The translations under genes were made by a program, and so were the position numbers. A stretch of DNA of 64,000 bases from Stegostoma tigrinum (Eukaryota). This document shows, in pieces, positions 38,385 to 50,627 of the stretch (position 1 is its first letter; each line of letters begins with the position of its first letter). The notes under the pieces were generated by a model, which was not told the origin of the DNA, did not search any database, and saw only the letters and a program-made list of their open reading frames with translations. Where the stretch lies: NCBI RefSeq assembly GCF_030684315.1, contig NC_081357.1, positions 42,829,517 to 42,893,516 on the forward strand, in the 5' to 3' direction.

Positions 38385-38878
38385 TGCAGAAAGGTTGTTA
38401 TTAAACTGGAAAAGATGCAGAAAAGATTTACAAGGATGTCACCACGACAGTTTGAGTTATAGGGAGAGGCTGGACAGGCCAGGGCTGTTATTCCTGGAGT
38501 GTAGAACGCAAGGGGGTGACCTCACAGAGGCTTATAAAATCATGAGGAGCGTGGATAAGGTGAATAGCAATATCTTTTCCCCACAATAGGGGAGTCCAAA
38601 GTTAGGAGGGCATGGGTTCAAGGTGAGGGGAATGATTTAAAAGGGATCTGAAGGGCAACTATTTCTTACAGAGGGTGGTATGTAGCAAGTTACGAGAGGA
38701 AGTGGTGTACAATTACAAAATTTAACAGACATTTGACCAGGTGGATGAATAGGAAATGTTCAGAGGGTTGTAGACAAAATGCAGGCAAAAGAGACCAGTT
38801 CAGTTTGGGAAACCTGGTCGGCATGGGCGAGTTGGTCCAATGGATCTGTTTCTGTGCTGTAAGATTAAGACTCTATGC
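38385..38878 (+). mobile_element. CR1 (HER1-like) LINE 3' end
   Basis: LSYRERLDRPGLLFLECR..GGDLTEAYKIMRSVDKVNS; 3' UTR ending ...tgctgtaagattaagactctatg. Confidence 0.85.
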
Positions 38879-39012
38879 CCACTTAATCCTCATTGTATAT
38901 TTTAAATTACACTAATTCACACCCTCTTGTATCGTAAGCACAAGTATATTATTCAAGTTATTATCAGGAGCAGTGATTTATCAGCACAGGGTTTTGCCTT
39001 GAGGCCTTGAAA

Positions 39013-39760
39013 AACATAGAACATAGAACACTACTGCACAGGAATAGGCCATGTTGCTATTCTAAACTAATCCAAGCTAATCTAAACTAATCCCACCTGC
39101 CTGCAAATGGTTCATGTCCCTCTATTCCCTTTCTGATCATATGTCTGACTAAATGCCTCTCAAACTTTGCTATCATATTTGCTTCTACCACTTTCCCTGG
39201 CAGTGTGTTTCAGAAACCTACCACCTTCCCTCACAAATCTCCGTTAAGCTTACCTCCTCTCACTTTAAGCCTATGCCCCCTAGTATTTGACATTTTCACC
39301 CTGGGGAACAGACTCAGACCTTTTGCTGCTTTTCATAATGTTATGTAATTCTATCTGGTCACTCTCCAGTGTCTGATGGTCTAGCAAAAACAATCAATAT
39401 TTTGTACAACCTCTCCTTTTAGCTACTATACTTTAATCCAGGCAACATCTCAATAAATAGAGATAGTCAGAACTTCAGATGCTGTAGAATCGGAGATAAC
39501 AAGGTGTAGAGCTAGATGAACATTTTTTCTGAAGAAGGGTCTAAGCCCGAAACATCAGCCTTCCTGCTCCTCTGATGCTGCTTAGCCTGCTGTGTCCATT
39601 CAGCCCTACACCTTGTTATCTCAACATCTCAGTAAATGTCTTCCACACCTTCTCCAAATCCTTCCCATTGTGTGCTAACCAGAACTGTACACAGTACTCT
39701 AAATGTGTCCTGAACAAAGTCTCACACAGTTGCAACATTACTTGCCAACTTTTATATATG
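39013..39760 (-). mobile_element. CR1 LINE 3' end
   Basis: (aacatag)n tail at 39013-39030; minus ORF RTHLEYCVQFWLAHNGKDLEKVWKTFT. Confidence 0.85.
39459..39621. mobile_element. Fold-back PLE mini-element nested in CR1
   Basis: Inverted tail arm plus a + arm with ctgaagaagggtctaagcccgaaacatc. 16-bp TSD caacatctca(a/g)taaat at 39443-39458 and 39622-39637. Confidence 0.85.
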
Positions 39761-40172
39761 GTGAGAAAAGGTTTCTGGTTAGATGCCACAGACACACATC
39801 TGGTATCCAGGAGCATTGTGGAGAAGGAATCTGAGAATCTTGAAGTTGGCAGAACGACCAAGAGTCGGTGGCAAAAGGAGATTATAGGGAGGGCTGAAAA
39901 AATGCTCCTGGAGCTGATATTTTACCAGAGATTTTTTAAATGGACAGAGAGGACCCAGATGCAAAAATTTCATCCCATTTCAAGTTGATACAAATTTTCC
40001 CTGTAGTGAAAAGGCAATAGGACATGAATCCATCAACTATGAAGTGCAATGCACTGAAAATAAATGCTGAATTAAAACAGACTTCATTTTTGTTATTTCA
40101 AGGAATTTAATCAGTGGTATGAGAGTCACAAATTTATGGAAGAGATGTAAACATACTTGAGGGGCAGTTAAG

Positions 40173-42076
40173 CCCTGGCCGATCTATTGTCTCCGCCTGG
40201 TCCTGCCCCACTGAACTCATCTCCACATATCTGGACTCCATTTTCTCCCCCTTGGTCCAGGAACTCCCCACCTACATCCGTGACACCACCCACGCTCTCA
40301 ACCTCCTCCAGAACTTCCAATTCCCTGGCCCCCAACACCTCATTTTCACCATGGACGTCCAGTCCCTGGACACCTGCATTCCCCATGCAGATGGCCTCAA
40401 GGCTCTTCACTTCTTCCTGCCCCACAGGCCCGACCAGTCCCCCTCCACTGACACCCTCATCTGCCTAGCCGAACTCGTCCTCACCCTCAACAACTTCTCT
40501 TTCGATTCCTCCCACTTCCTACAGACAAATGGGGTGGCCATGGGCACCCGCATGGGCCCAAGCTATGCCTGCCTCTTTGTTGGTTACGTGGAACACTCCC
40601 TCTTCCGAGCCTACACCGGCCCCAAACCCTACCTCTTCCTCTGTTACATTGATGACAGTATCGGCGCCGCCTCTTGCTCCCAAGAGGAGCTCAAACAGTT
40701 CATCTACTTCACCAACACCTTCCACCCCAACCTCAAGTTCACCTGGGCCATCTCCAACACGTCCCTCACCTTCCTGGACCTCTCAGTCTCCATCTCAGGC
40801 AACCAGCTAGAAACTGATGCCCATTTCAAGCCCACCGACTCCCACAGCTACCTAGAATACACCTCCTCCCACCCACCCTCCTGCAAAAATTCCATCCCCT
40901 ATTCCCAATTCCTCCGCCTCCACCACACATGCTCCCAGGATGAGGCATTCCACTCCCGCACATCCCAGATGTCCACATTCTTCAAGGACCTCAACTACCC
41001 CCCGCAGTGGTTGAGAATACCCTTGACCATGTCTCCCGCATTTCCCGCAAAACATCCCTCACACCCTGCCCCCGCAATAACCGCCCCAAGAGAATCCCCC
41101 TCGTCCTCACATACCACCCCACCAACCTCCGGATACAACGCATCATCCTCCGACACTTCTGTCATCTACAATCCGACCCCACCACCCAAGACATTTTTCT
41201 ATCCCCACCCTTGTCTGCCTTCCAGAGAGACCACCCTCTCCGTGACTCCCTTGTTTGCTCCACACTCCCCTCCAACCCCACCTCACCCGGCACCTTCCCC
41301 TGCAACTGCAGGAAGTGCTACACCCGCCCCCACTCTTCCTCCCTCGCCCCCATCCCAGGCCCCAAGATGACTTTCCATATCAAGCAGATGTTCACCTGCA
41401 CATCTGCCAATGTGGCATACTGTACTCACTGTACACGGTGTGGCTTCCTCTACATTGGGGAAACCAAGCGGAGGCTTGGGGACAACTTTGCAGGACACCT
41501 CCTCTCAGTTCACAATAAACAACTGCACCTCCCAGTCGTGAACCATTTTAACTCCCCCTCCCATTCCTTAGATGAAATGTCCATCATGGGCCTCCTGCAG
41601 TGCCATAATGATGCCACCCAAAGACTGAAGGAACAGCAACTCATATTCCGCTTGGGAACCCTGCAACCCAATGGTATCAATGTGGACCTCACAAGCTTCA
41701 AAATCTCCCCTCCCCCCACTGCATCCCAAAACCAGCCCAGCTCATCCCCGCCTCCCTAACCTGTTCTTCCTCTCACCTATCCCCTCCTCCCAACTCAAGC
41801 CGCATGTCCATTCCCTACCTACTAACCTCAACCTGCCCCCTTGACCTGTCTGTCCTCCCTGGACTGACCTATCCCTTCCCCACCTCCCCACCTCCTCTCC
41901 ACCTATCTTCTCCTCTATCCATCTTTGGTCTGCCTCCCCTTCTCTCCCTATTTATTTCAGAACCCTCTCCCCATCCCCCTCTCTGATGAAGTGTCTAGGC
42001 CCGAAACATCAGCTTTTGTGCTCCTGAGATGCTGCTTGGCCAACTGTGTTCATCCAGCTTCACCCTTTGTTATCTA
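40173..42076 (+). mobile_element. Penelope-like element copy 3 (longest, older, frameshifted)
   Basis: RT motifs FTMDVQSL, GVAMGTRMGPSYACLF and YIDD, with a frameshift near 41000 and then linker and GIY-YIG. Exact TSD tgaggggcagttaag at 40158-40172 and 42077-42091. Lacks the tail. Confidence 0.95.
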
Positions 42077-44221
42077 TGAGGGGCAGTTAAGGTCTGTTTG
42101 TGTGCCATGGTCTAAAGTTATTTAAATTTCCAGTGCTTTATAATTGTAAATGTAGACTATAGCAGTTAATTAAAGTAAATTCACTGCTGAAATGCATTGT
42201 TGACAGTGCATATAGAACAGAAAAATATGACAGCATCTGTTCCCACAGCCTCAATGGATTTCATTATTGATATTTTCAAAGAGTTGTTATTACAGCTGAG
42301 CCGATTATGAATGTGCTGCTGAGTTTCAAAAGGTTCAGGAGGTGAGTGGAATTCAAATTTTGATTGACACCTATAAGGAGCTACCAGGTGATTTGCTGTC
42401 TTTCTGGTCATTCCTGAATGGAGGCTGGTTTCCTTTTCAAGCAGCTTGATAAGCTGAGGTAATTTAATTTATTTCTATGTTAACTATTTGTATGTGAGAT
42501 TCCACCCAATTATCAGAATTTTCTTTTATGTCTCCACATGGTCCCAGAGGTTTACCCATAATGCACGTTGGGTGAGTGGTTATGGAGTTAACATGTATAT
42601 GAGTTGTTTCAGAGGTGACATCTGTATATGAGGTGGTAATGAGGTAATATATGTATACGAGACTGCATGAGTGTGATGGGGTTTTAAAGTGGCACAGAGC
42701 AGTGGATTTGTGAGAGTTAGAGCTAGAGGAATAAACTTATAAAACTACATTGAAATGTCAGAGAACCAGGACAGGCTGATTTGGCACTTTCCAATTTCCA
42801 GAATCATCTCCAAACCGCCATTAGAGATGGCAGAGACATTTTGAAAATTACCTATCTCCCAAGAGTGAAAATTGTGCCTGATGGGACCCTTGATAAACAG
42901 CAGACCTGTGGTCTTGTGAAATTTTCCAACTCAAGATACCTGCCCAGCACCAAAAATTCTACTCCAAGGGTCTACGAGCAACCTGGCTGGGAGTACCAGA
43001 GAATTTCTGTGGATGGAAACTTCACGAATTAGCAGCTTCAGGATGGATTTCTGTTGATTGGAATCCTGGGGTTTTTAAATTGCATTATGAGCCAAGGCAT
43101 GAATGAGTATTTGCTATGATTGACATGAGCAGCAGCCAATCAACCGGAGAAAAGATATTAATCTTCTAGCGAGAATGGAATCATGTGAATGGGTGAGCTG
43201 GGGTAACTAATATTCTCTCTAATGTGTTTACTCAGAAAAGTAAATCCAATGTCAATAAAATTGAATTTTGTTTTCTTTCAGAAAAACAAAGATATACAGA
43301 TGTTAACGATCAGGCATATTTATCAACTGCCTTGGAGGTAACATTTGTCATGTTAATGACTGATTTAATAATCAATTTCTCATCAGGGATTAACTTCAGG
43401 GGATAGTTCATTTAAAACAGTAAAATGTATTATAAGTTATGAAGCAGGCATTAAAGCAGCCTAACTCTTTTTTTTTGTGAGTCGTGTGCAAGCCCACAGC
43501 AGATTAATTGGCAGGCAGTGTCACTACAGCATCATAGCTGCCATTTATTTTAGAGATAGCTATCTCAGGAGTGATTTGCAGCTCCTGCTTGTGTGCAGCA
43601 TGCATCTTCACCTGCTTTTGCAGATGTGTCATTTTCTCTAGCACGGCTTTGAGTTAAAATTATTTTTCTGTATTGTTCCTGCTGAGCCCAATTTGTTTTA
43701 TATGCATGTTGCTCCAGATCTTCCAGTAACCTGGCAATCAAAGCATTGGATTGATAATACAGATCTTGTAGTTCATCTCTTCTTCCTTTTTCAGCTCTTT
43801 GTTCATCTTTATGAGCAGAATAGGTATTCCCTAAAGATGTCATGATGTCATAGGTGTAATTCTCACATTTGGATTTCTCCTCAGCTAGTTATTAGCTTTT
43901 TCCTCTTAAATGTTCATTTATTTTCTTCACAGCAGGGAACTGAGATTTTAGTTCAGAAGAAAGTGTAATACTCCACTCTTCTTTCATATTCAGTTCCACA
44001 ATTGATTCTTGGCCAACCTGCTACAATCTCTCTTTTGTCTCCAATGTATGCCTAATATGACTAGCATCAGGTTATGGTATGCTGGGAGACCAGCAGTTAC
44101 TGGTCCAGCAGTATCTACAATACACAACATCTGCAAAATGCAGGCAAAATGTAATTGCCACCCCAGAACTACTGGTCCTGCACATGAAATTGGTGTTGTT
44201 TGCAGAAAAGCTTACTTTTGT

Positions 44222-45532
44222 AAGGGGGTGGCCATGGGCACCCGCATGGGCCCCAGCTATGCCTGCCTCTTTGTAGGTTACGTGGAACAGTCCATCTTCC
44301 GCACCTACACAGGCCCCAAACCCCACCTCTTCCTCCGGTACATTGATGACTGTATCGGCGCCGCCTCTTGCTCCCCAGAGGAGCTCGAACAGTTCATCCA
44401 CTTCACCAACACCTTCCACCCCAACCTTCAGTTCACCTGGGCCATCTCCAGCACATCCCTCACCTTCCTGGACCTCTCAGTCTCCATCTCAGGCAACCAG
44501 CTTGTAACTGATGTCCATTTCAAGCCCACCGACTCCCACAGCTACCTAGAATACACCTCCTCCCACCCACCCTCCTGCAAAAATTCCATCCCCTATTCCC
44601 AATTCCTCCGCCTCCGCCGCATCTGCTCCCACGATAAGACATTCCACTCCCGCACATCCCAGATGTCCAAGTTCTTTAAGGACCGCAACTTTCCCCCCAC
44701 AGTGATCGAGAACGCCCTTGACCGCGTCTCCCGCATTTCCCGCGACACATCCCTCACACCCCGCCCCCGCCACAACCGCCCCAAGAGGATCCCCCTCGTT
44801 CTCACACACCACCCTACCAACCTCCGGATACAACGCATTATCCTCCGACACTTCCGCCATTTACAATCCGACCCCACCACCCAAGACATTTTTCCATCCC
44901 CACCCCTGTCTGCTTTCCGGAGAGACCACTCTCTCCGTGACTCCCTTGTTCGCTCCACACTGCCCTCCAACCCCACCACACCCGGCACCTTCCCCTGCAA
45001 CCGCAGGAAATGCTACACTTGTCCCCACACCTCCTCCCTCACCCCCATCCCAGGCCCCAAGATGACATTCCACATTAAGCAGAGGTTCACCTGCACATCT
45101 GCCAATGTGGTATACTGCATCCACTGTACCCGGTGCGGCTTTCTCTACATTGGGGAAACCAAGCGGAGGCTTGGGGACCACTTTGCAGAACACCTCCGCT
45201 CAGTTCGCAACAAACAACTGCACCTCCCAGTCGCGAACCATTTCCACTCCCCCTCCCATTCTCTTGATGACATGTCCATCATGGGCCTCCTGCACTGCCA
45301 CAATGATGCCACCCGAAGGTTGCAGGAACAGCAACTCATATTCCGCCTGGGAACCCTGCAGCCATATGGTATCAATGTGGACTTCACCAGCTTCAAAATC
45401 TCCCCTTCCCCCACTGCATCCCTAAACCAGCCCAGTTCATCCCCTCCCCCCACTGCACCACACAACCAGCCCAGCTCTTCCCCCCCACCCACTGCATCCC
45501 AAAACCAGTCCAACCTGTCTCTGCCTCCCTAA
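44222..45532 (+). CDS. PLE polyprotein C-terminal part: RT motifs, thumb, Cys linker, GIY-YIG endonuclease, Pro/Ser repeats (no native start)
   Basis: GVAMGTRMGPSYACLF, FLRYIDD, GTFPCNRRKCYTC and VVYCIHCTRCGFLYIGET; no stops up to 45532. Confidence 0.9.
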   Translation, partial: KGVAMGTRMGPSYACLFVGYVEQSIFRTYTGPKPHLFLRYIDDCIGAASCSPEELEQFIHFTNTFHPNLQFTWAISSTSLTFLDLSVSISGNQLVTDVHFKPTDSHSYLEYTSSHPPSCKNSIPYSQFLRLRRICSHDKTFHSRTSQMSKFFKDRNFPPTVIENALDRVSRISRDTSLTPRPRHNRPKRIPLVLTHHPTNLRIQRIILRHFRHLQSDPTTQDIFPSPPLSAFRRDHSLRDSLVRSTLPSNPTTPGTFPCNRRKCYTCPHTSSLTPIPGPKMTFHIKQRFTCTSANVVYCIHCTRCGFLYIGETKRRLGDHFAEHLRSVRNKQLHLPVANHFHSPSHSLDDMSIMGLLHCHNDATRRLQEQQLIFRLGTLQPYGINVDFTSFKISPSPTASLNQPSSSPPPTAPHNQPSSSPPPTASQNQSNLSLPP

Positions 45533-45882
45533 CCGGTTCTTCCTCTCACCCATCCCTTCCTCCCACCCCAAGCCGCACCCCCAGCTACCTACTAACCTCA
45601 TCCCACCTCCTTGACCTGTCCGTCTTCCCTGGACTGACCTATCCCCTCCCTACCTCCCCACCTACACCCTCTCCACCTATCTTCTTTACTCTCCATCTTC
45701 GGTCCGCCTCCCCCTCTCTCCCTATTTATTCCAGTTCCCTCCCCCCATCCCCCTCTCTGATGAAGGGTCTAGGCCCGAAACGTCAGCTTTTGTGCTCCTG
45801 AGATGCTGCTTGGCCTGCTGTGTTCGTCCAGCCTCACATTTTATTATCTTGGAATCTCCAGCATCTGCAGTTCCCATTATCT
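44223..45882 (+). mobile_element. Penelope-like element copy 4, 5'-truncated, uninterrupted ORF
   Basis: 8-bp TSD cttttgta at 44215-44222 and 45883-45890. Hammerhead core at 45757-45784. Confidence 0.95.
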
Positions 45883-46812
45883 CTTTTGTATGTTTCACCT
45901 TGGTCCCATGTCTGACAATGCACTTAACTTTGCCAATACCCTTTTCTGCCTCATACCTCAAACTTATTGAAAGTTTGTCATTATCTTGGTGCATGCACAA
46001 GGCCAGGAATTTCACGTCATGTTGTGTTTTGGTGTTCTATCAATTGTTTCAACTATCAGGTTTGTACTCAGGGCCTGTAGTCGTCATGCACTTGTAAGGA
46101 CAGCTTTGTGCTTACATCCGTCCTTCTGTAGATCTTCGATGCGAAAATAAGTCTTCAGTAAGTTCAACAAATTCTTCTGGAAACTTTAAGGGTGTATGTA
46201 ATCTCTAACTCAATAATTCTGTTTGCCAACACTCCATTTAAGAAAAAGAGACCTTTTCTCTGCATCTGCTCACGAAGTGGTCTATTTCTCTTCCATTTCT
46301 ATCATGTAGGGCTCTGTCAAAATGAAATGAATTCTAATCAAAGTATATGAAAGCTTAATCTAACTCTGAACTGGTCTGAATTTTGTGATCTTTCAGTTCC
46401 TTAGCTTTTAATCCTGACAATGCTAAATATTCCCAATTACTAAACAAATCATGATCATTTTCTATTTTGCATCGGATACACCCAAATCTTAAGACCATGG
46501 CTCTAAATACTGTTCAAACAACTTAAACTTTGTTAGGAGGTTCTCAGTATCCCATCTTAAACTCGAAAATTTTGCTAACTTTCAAATAACATGTCTCTGA
46601 GCTTCCCATGCTTGCTATCAATCCAGCACACATCCTGATCACTTGCCTTTCTCAACTGAGTTTAAAAGGCCTCTTGACAGGAATTTGGCTCCTTACCAGC
46701 AAGCTGCATTTTTAGTGCTTTCCAACACTGTAACAAACAAAGACATTGAGGGCTGTCTTTTACCTTTAACATGATCTAATGTTGTCAGCCATGTGTTTCA
46801 GCTGTTCATTAC

Positions 46813-46881
46813 CTTGATTGCTGAATACTCAAGATAATAGACGATTTCAGAACAATGTTTTCCACCCCTGTTGATCAAGTC
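46813..46881 (-). CDS. Candidate 69-nt exon (phase 0 to 0)
   Basis: cattaacAG, DLINRGGKHCSEIVYYLEYSAIK, GTaatg. Confidence 0.3.
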
Positions 46882-49556
46882 CTGTTAATGATAATTGTTT
46901 CCTAAACAATCACATGTTAGGGATTGATCAACTCCATGGGTTGCTTTATTTAAAACAGTAAAACACATTGTCAGTAATGAAGCAGACATGACAGAAAATC
47001 AAATGATTTCTGAATGTATAGCTTATGATCCCATCACAAGATAACTGGCTGGCAAATGGATTTTTTAAAGGTGAACTCTCTGAAAGGCAAGGTACATTTT
47101 CAATAAATCGAGCTGTTATTAATTGAAAAAATAGGAGTAACTTATATGCTAAATGTGAAATGTGTTCATAGATGTAAACATCAATAACTTATATATATTG
47201 GAATACCAAAGCAAAATACAAAATTTCACAGCATGGGTCAGTTGCTGATGTGTGTTGGCACAGCTGAAAATGTATTTAGCACCAAAAATAATTTTTTTCC
47301 TGGAGTGTCCATCCTGCAATCTCTGAATAACCTGATTTAAAATCATTGGAAATGACTTTAAAAAGTGAACTGAATCATTTAATAGTTATATTGGTCTCCA
47401 TTAATTAGTTTCCAAGTAAATCAAATAACCTTTCACATAAAAAAGACTTTTAAAACAGTCCTATTAGCACCCAGCTAGTGGTGTCAATGGGTAATTTCTC
47501 ATTTCTAAATACATGTGGCTTCTGAATACAACTATCTTAGACTCAATGTGATGTCTACCAACCAGTATTAATCCAGTGGTGTATTCATTATCTGTGTTCA
47601 GAAATAAAAAGGCAATTGCTTGGATCACACATGAGTAGAGATTGCTACAGATGGAACTCTATAACTGTGTTGCAACATTCAGAAAACAGATATAGGGAGA
47701 AAATGAAATATGAAAAAAATATACTTGGGAATTCAACAGCAAGGTATTAAAGTGCCTTAAACTGTGGCATATAAGCCAGCACATGTAAAAAACAATGTTT
47801 TTTTTTCTAGCCCCAAAAGTCGTTTTCACATATCCTCAGTTGGGCTCACATAAGATTTTCACCCTCAGGTTTTCACTACATAAATGAAAATCTTACTCAG
47901 ATTGTAACTGGGGGACAAGTGATCAAGCAGGCAATGTGAGCTGTGTTGCACAGATGTGTTGGAGTTTAGGAAGCATCCATTCTTTGTGTTTATATACCAA
48001 TGGTGATTCAAAATGGTGACTGCACAAACCTACGTTAGCTGTTCACTTCACAGTCAGTGAATGAGTCAATCCCCATTTGTTGGAGAGATTCAAGCCTTCA
48101 GTGCTTGATTTATTTGTCAACTTTGAGCAGAAAGTTGTAGAAAAAAACATAAGTTAATATTTACTGAATATTTCATTCCCTGGCTTATGTATGATAGTTT
48201 TTACACAAACGTTGTTTACTCATTTGTATCTAATATGTTTCAAACAGAAATCAAGCTTTAATGAAATAAAGCTAAGTGAAATCACTTCAACTAATTGACT
48301 ACTGAATGTTTAAAATTATAATAAAGGAGAAAGTCCAAGATGGAATGAGATAATCTTTACAAAGGGGCAGACTGTATCCCTGTTACAGTCAAAGCACCAA
48401 ATAGTTTTAGAGTTCTGCACGCCCAGAACTTCAAGCAGATATCGGTATTGCCATGGTTACACTTCTAAATGTTTTCCCACACAAATTACATGCCACTGTA
48501 TATTTTGAATGTATTGCTGGCACAGTGGTTATGTAACTGGATTAGTAATCCAGATGCCTGGAATCATAATCTGAGGACGTGCACGTTCAAACCACACCTC
48601 AACAGTTGAAGAAAATAAATTGAATAAAACAATAATAAAAAGTTAATATTGGTAATAGTCTTCAGGAATTGGCTAATAACCAAACTGGTTTACTTCTATC
48701 CTTGTTCAGTCTGGCTTATATGTGTTTCCAGATCCACAGCCATGTGGTTCACATCAAAATAGCTTTGGAAATAGGCTAGCAAGTTATTCAATGACAAAGT
48801 TTAGAAAGTGGCCCACTAGCAAATGCAGAACTTGCTCAATAATTTCGTGACAGTACAGCATTACAGCTCCTCATTTCTTAATCTCTCGTCAAAATATCTG
48901 ACAGCAATCTTTCTGCACCACTCACCCCCTCCACTCCACACACTCCTTACTATTCTGATGCACAATTACGAATACACACTTACTGCTTCCTCACTGTCTT
49001 TATAGCAGCACCAATACAATTCCCCCTTTTTGTCAGTATTGTTTCATGAGTCTTCTTTCACACTCTGGGCCCATATTTTCCAGCTAACATCCCTACCTTG
49101 ATTTCATGTTGCTTCTTCTCCCTCAGCTTGTGTACAGCAAGCAGAAGCTCAGTCATTGATGTTCTTCTCTGTAAGAAATGTTCACTAACTCTCACCATCC
49201 CTTGCTGCTGGACAGCACCATGCACCAATAGAGAGAGGAGTAAAATCTGATGAATTCTTCAATGTTGTGAAGTAAAGGAAGCATCAATTGCTTGCAGTTA
49301 ATAGATCATTATGGACTGCCAGATGGACTTAGGAAGCTTCTCTACTCAATATCTGAATATTACCAGTATCTCTCCAAGAACATCTAGGGGATCTACTGGA
49401 TTGTGAAAGTACCTCAGTGGAGGAGAATCCTCTCAAGAAGATGTCACCCAACACTCTAGACCTCACATACACCTGCACAGAAACTAGGGCCCTGTCTTGT
49501 TTCGAATTAAAGGAGTCTATATGTGGTGAAACTCTCAGCAGCAACAGGAGCTAGCA

Positions 49557-50627
49557 AAAGCAGAAAGCAAAGAGTAGGGGTAAATAGGTGTTTTTCTGGT
49601 TGGTGGTCAGTGGCTAGTGGTGTGCCTCAGGGATCAGTGTTGGGACCTCAATTGTTTACAATTTGCATAGATGATTTGGAGTTGGGGACTAAGTGCGGTG
49701 TGTCAAAATGTGCAGATGGCACTATGGTGATTGGTAGAGCAAAGTGTGCAGAAGACACTGAAAGCCTGCAGAGGGATATAGATAGTTTAAGTGAGTGGGC
49801 AAAGGCCTGGCAGATGGAGTACCATGTTGATAAGTGTGAGGTCAGCCATTTTGGTAGGAATAACTGCAAAAAGGGCTGTGTTTTAAATGGCAAAAAATTG
49901 CAGCACACTGCTGTGCAGAGGTACTTGGGTATCCTTGTGCATGAATTGCTAAAAGTAGGTTTGCAGGCGCAGCAGATAATTAAAAAGGTAAATGGAATTC
50001 TGTATGCCATTGTTAGAGGGATGGAGTTTAAAAACAGGGAAGCAATGCTGCAGCTGTAGAGGGTCCTGGTGAGGCCACACCTGGGTACTGTGTGCAGTTT
50101 TGGTCTCCTTACTTGAGAAGAGATACACTATCACTGGAGTGGTGCAGAGGAGGTTCACTTGATTGATTCCAGAGTTGAGAGGGTTGGATTATGAAGAGAG
50201 GCTGAGTAGACTGGGATTATACTCATTAGAATCCAGAAGAATTCGAAACATATAAGATTATGAAGGGAATAGATATGGTGGAGGCAGAGAAGTTGTTTCC
50301 GCTAGCAGGTGAAACTAGGACTAGAGGGCATCGCCTCAAAACAGAGGGAAGCAGATGTAGGACTGAGATCAGGAGGAATTTCTTCACCCAAAGGGCTGTG
50401 TATCCGTGGAATTCCCTGCCCAGTGAAGCAGTTGAAGCTACTTCGATGAATGTTTTTAAGGCAAGGCTAGATAAATTTTTGAGCAGTAAAGGAATTGAGG
50501 GTAATGGTGAGTGGGCGGGTAAGTGGAGTTAAGTCTCAAATAGATCAGCCATGATCTTATTAAGTGGTGGGGCAGGCTCGAGGGGCCAGATTGCCTACTC
50601 CTGCTCCTAGCTCTTATGTTCTTATGA
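49557..50627 (+). mobile_element. CR1 LINE, 5'-truncated
   Basis: RKQRVGVN...SGVPQGSVLGPQLFTICIDDL...KCADGT; LFPLAGETRTRGHRLK...RRNFFTQR. Tail (tcttatgt)n at ~50612-50627. Confidence 0.95.

Larger units (their letters stand above)
43565..46760 (-). mobile_element. Decayed Gypsy-type element (gag-protease, then integrase C-terminal-like region), split by PLE copy 4
   Basis: Gag-like NLLTKFKLFEQ and IDHFVSRCREK. Protease-like VKCIV.. at ~45900 resumes as LCIVDTAGPVTAGLPA at ~44070-44130. Confidence 0.7.

Noticed and set aside
44009-44221. N-terminal 71 codons of the 507-aa ORF as a fusion protein
   Set aside because: It starts at TTG and is antisense Gypsy relic upstream of the TSD, so it is a chance in-frame read-through.
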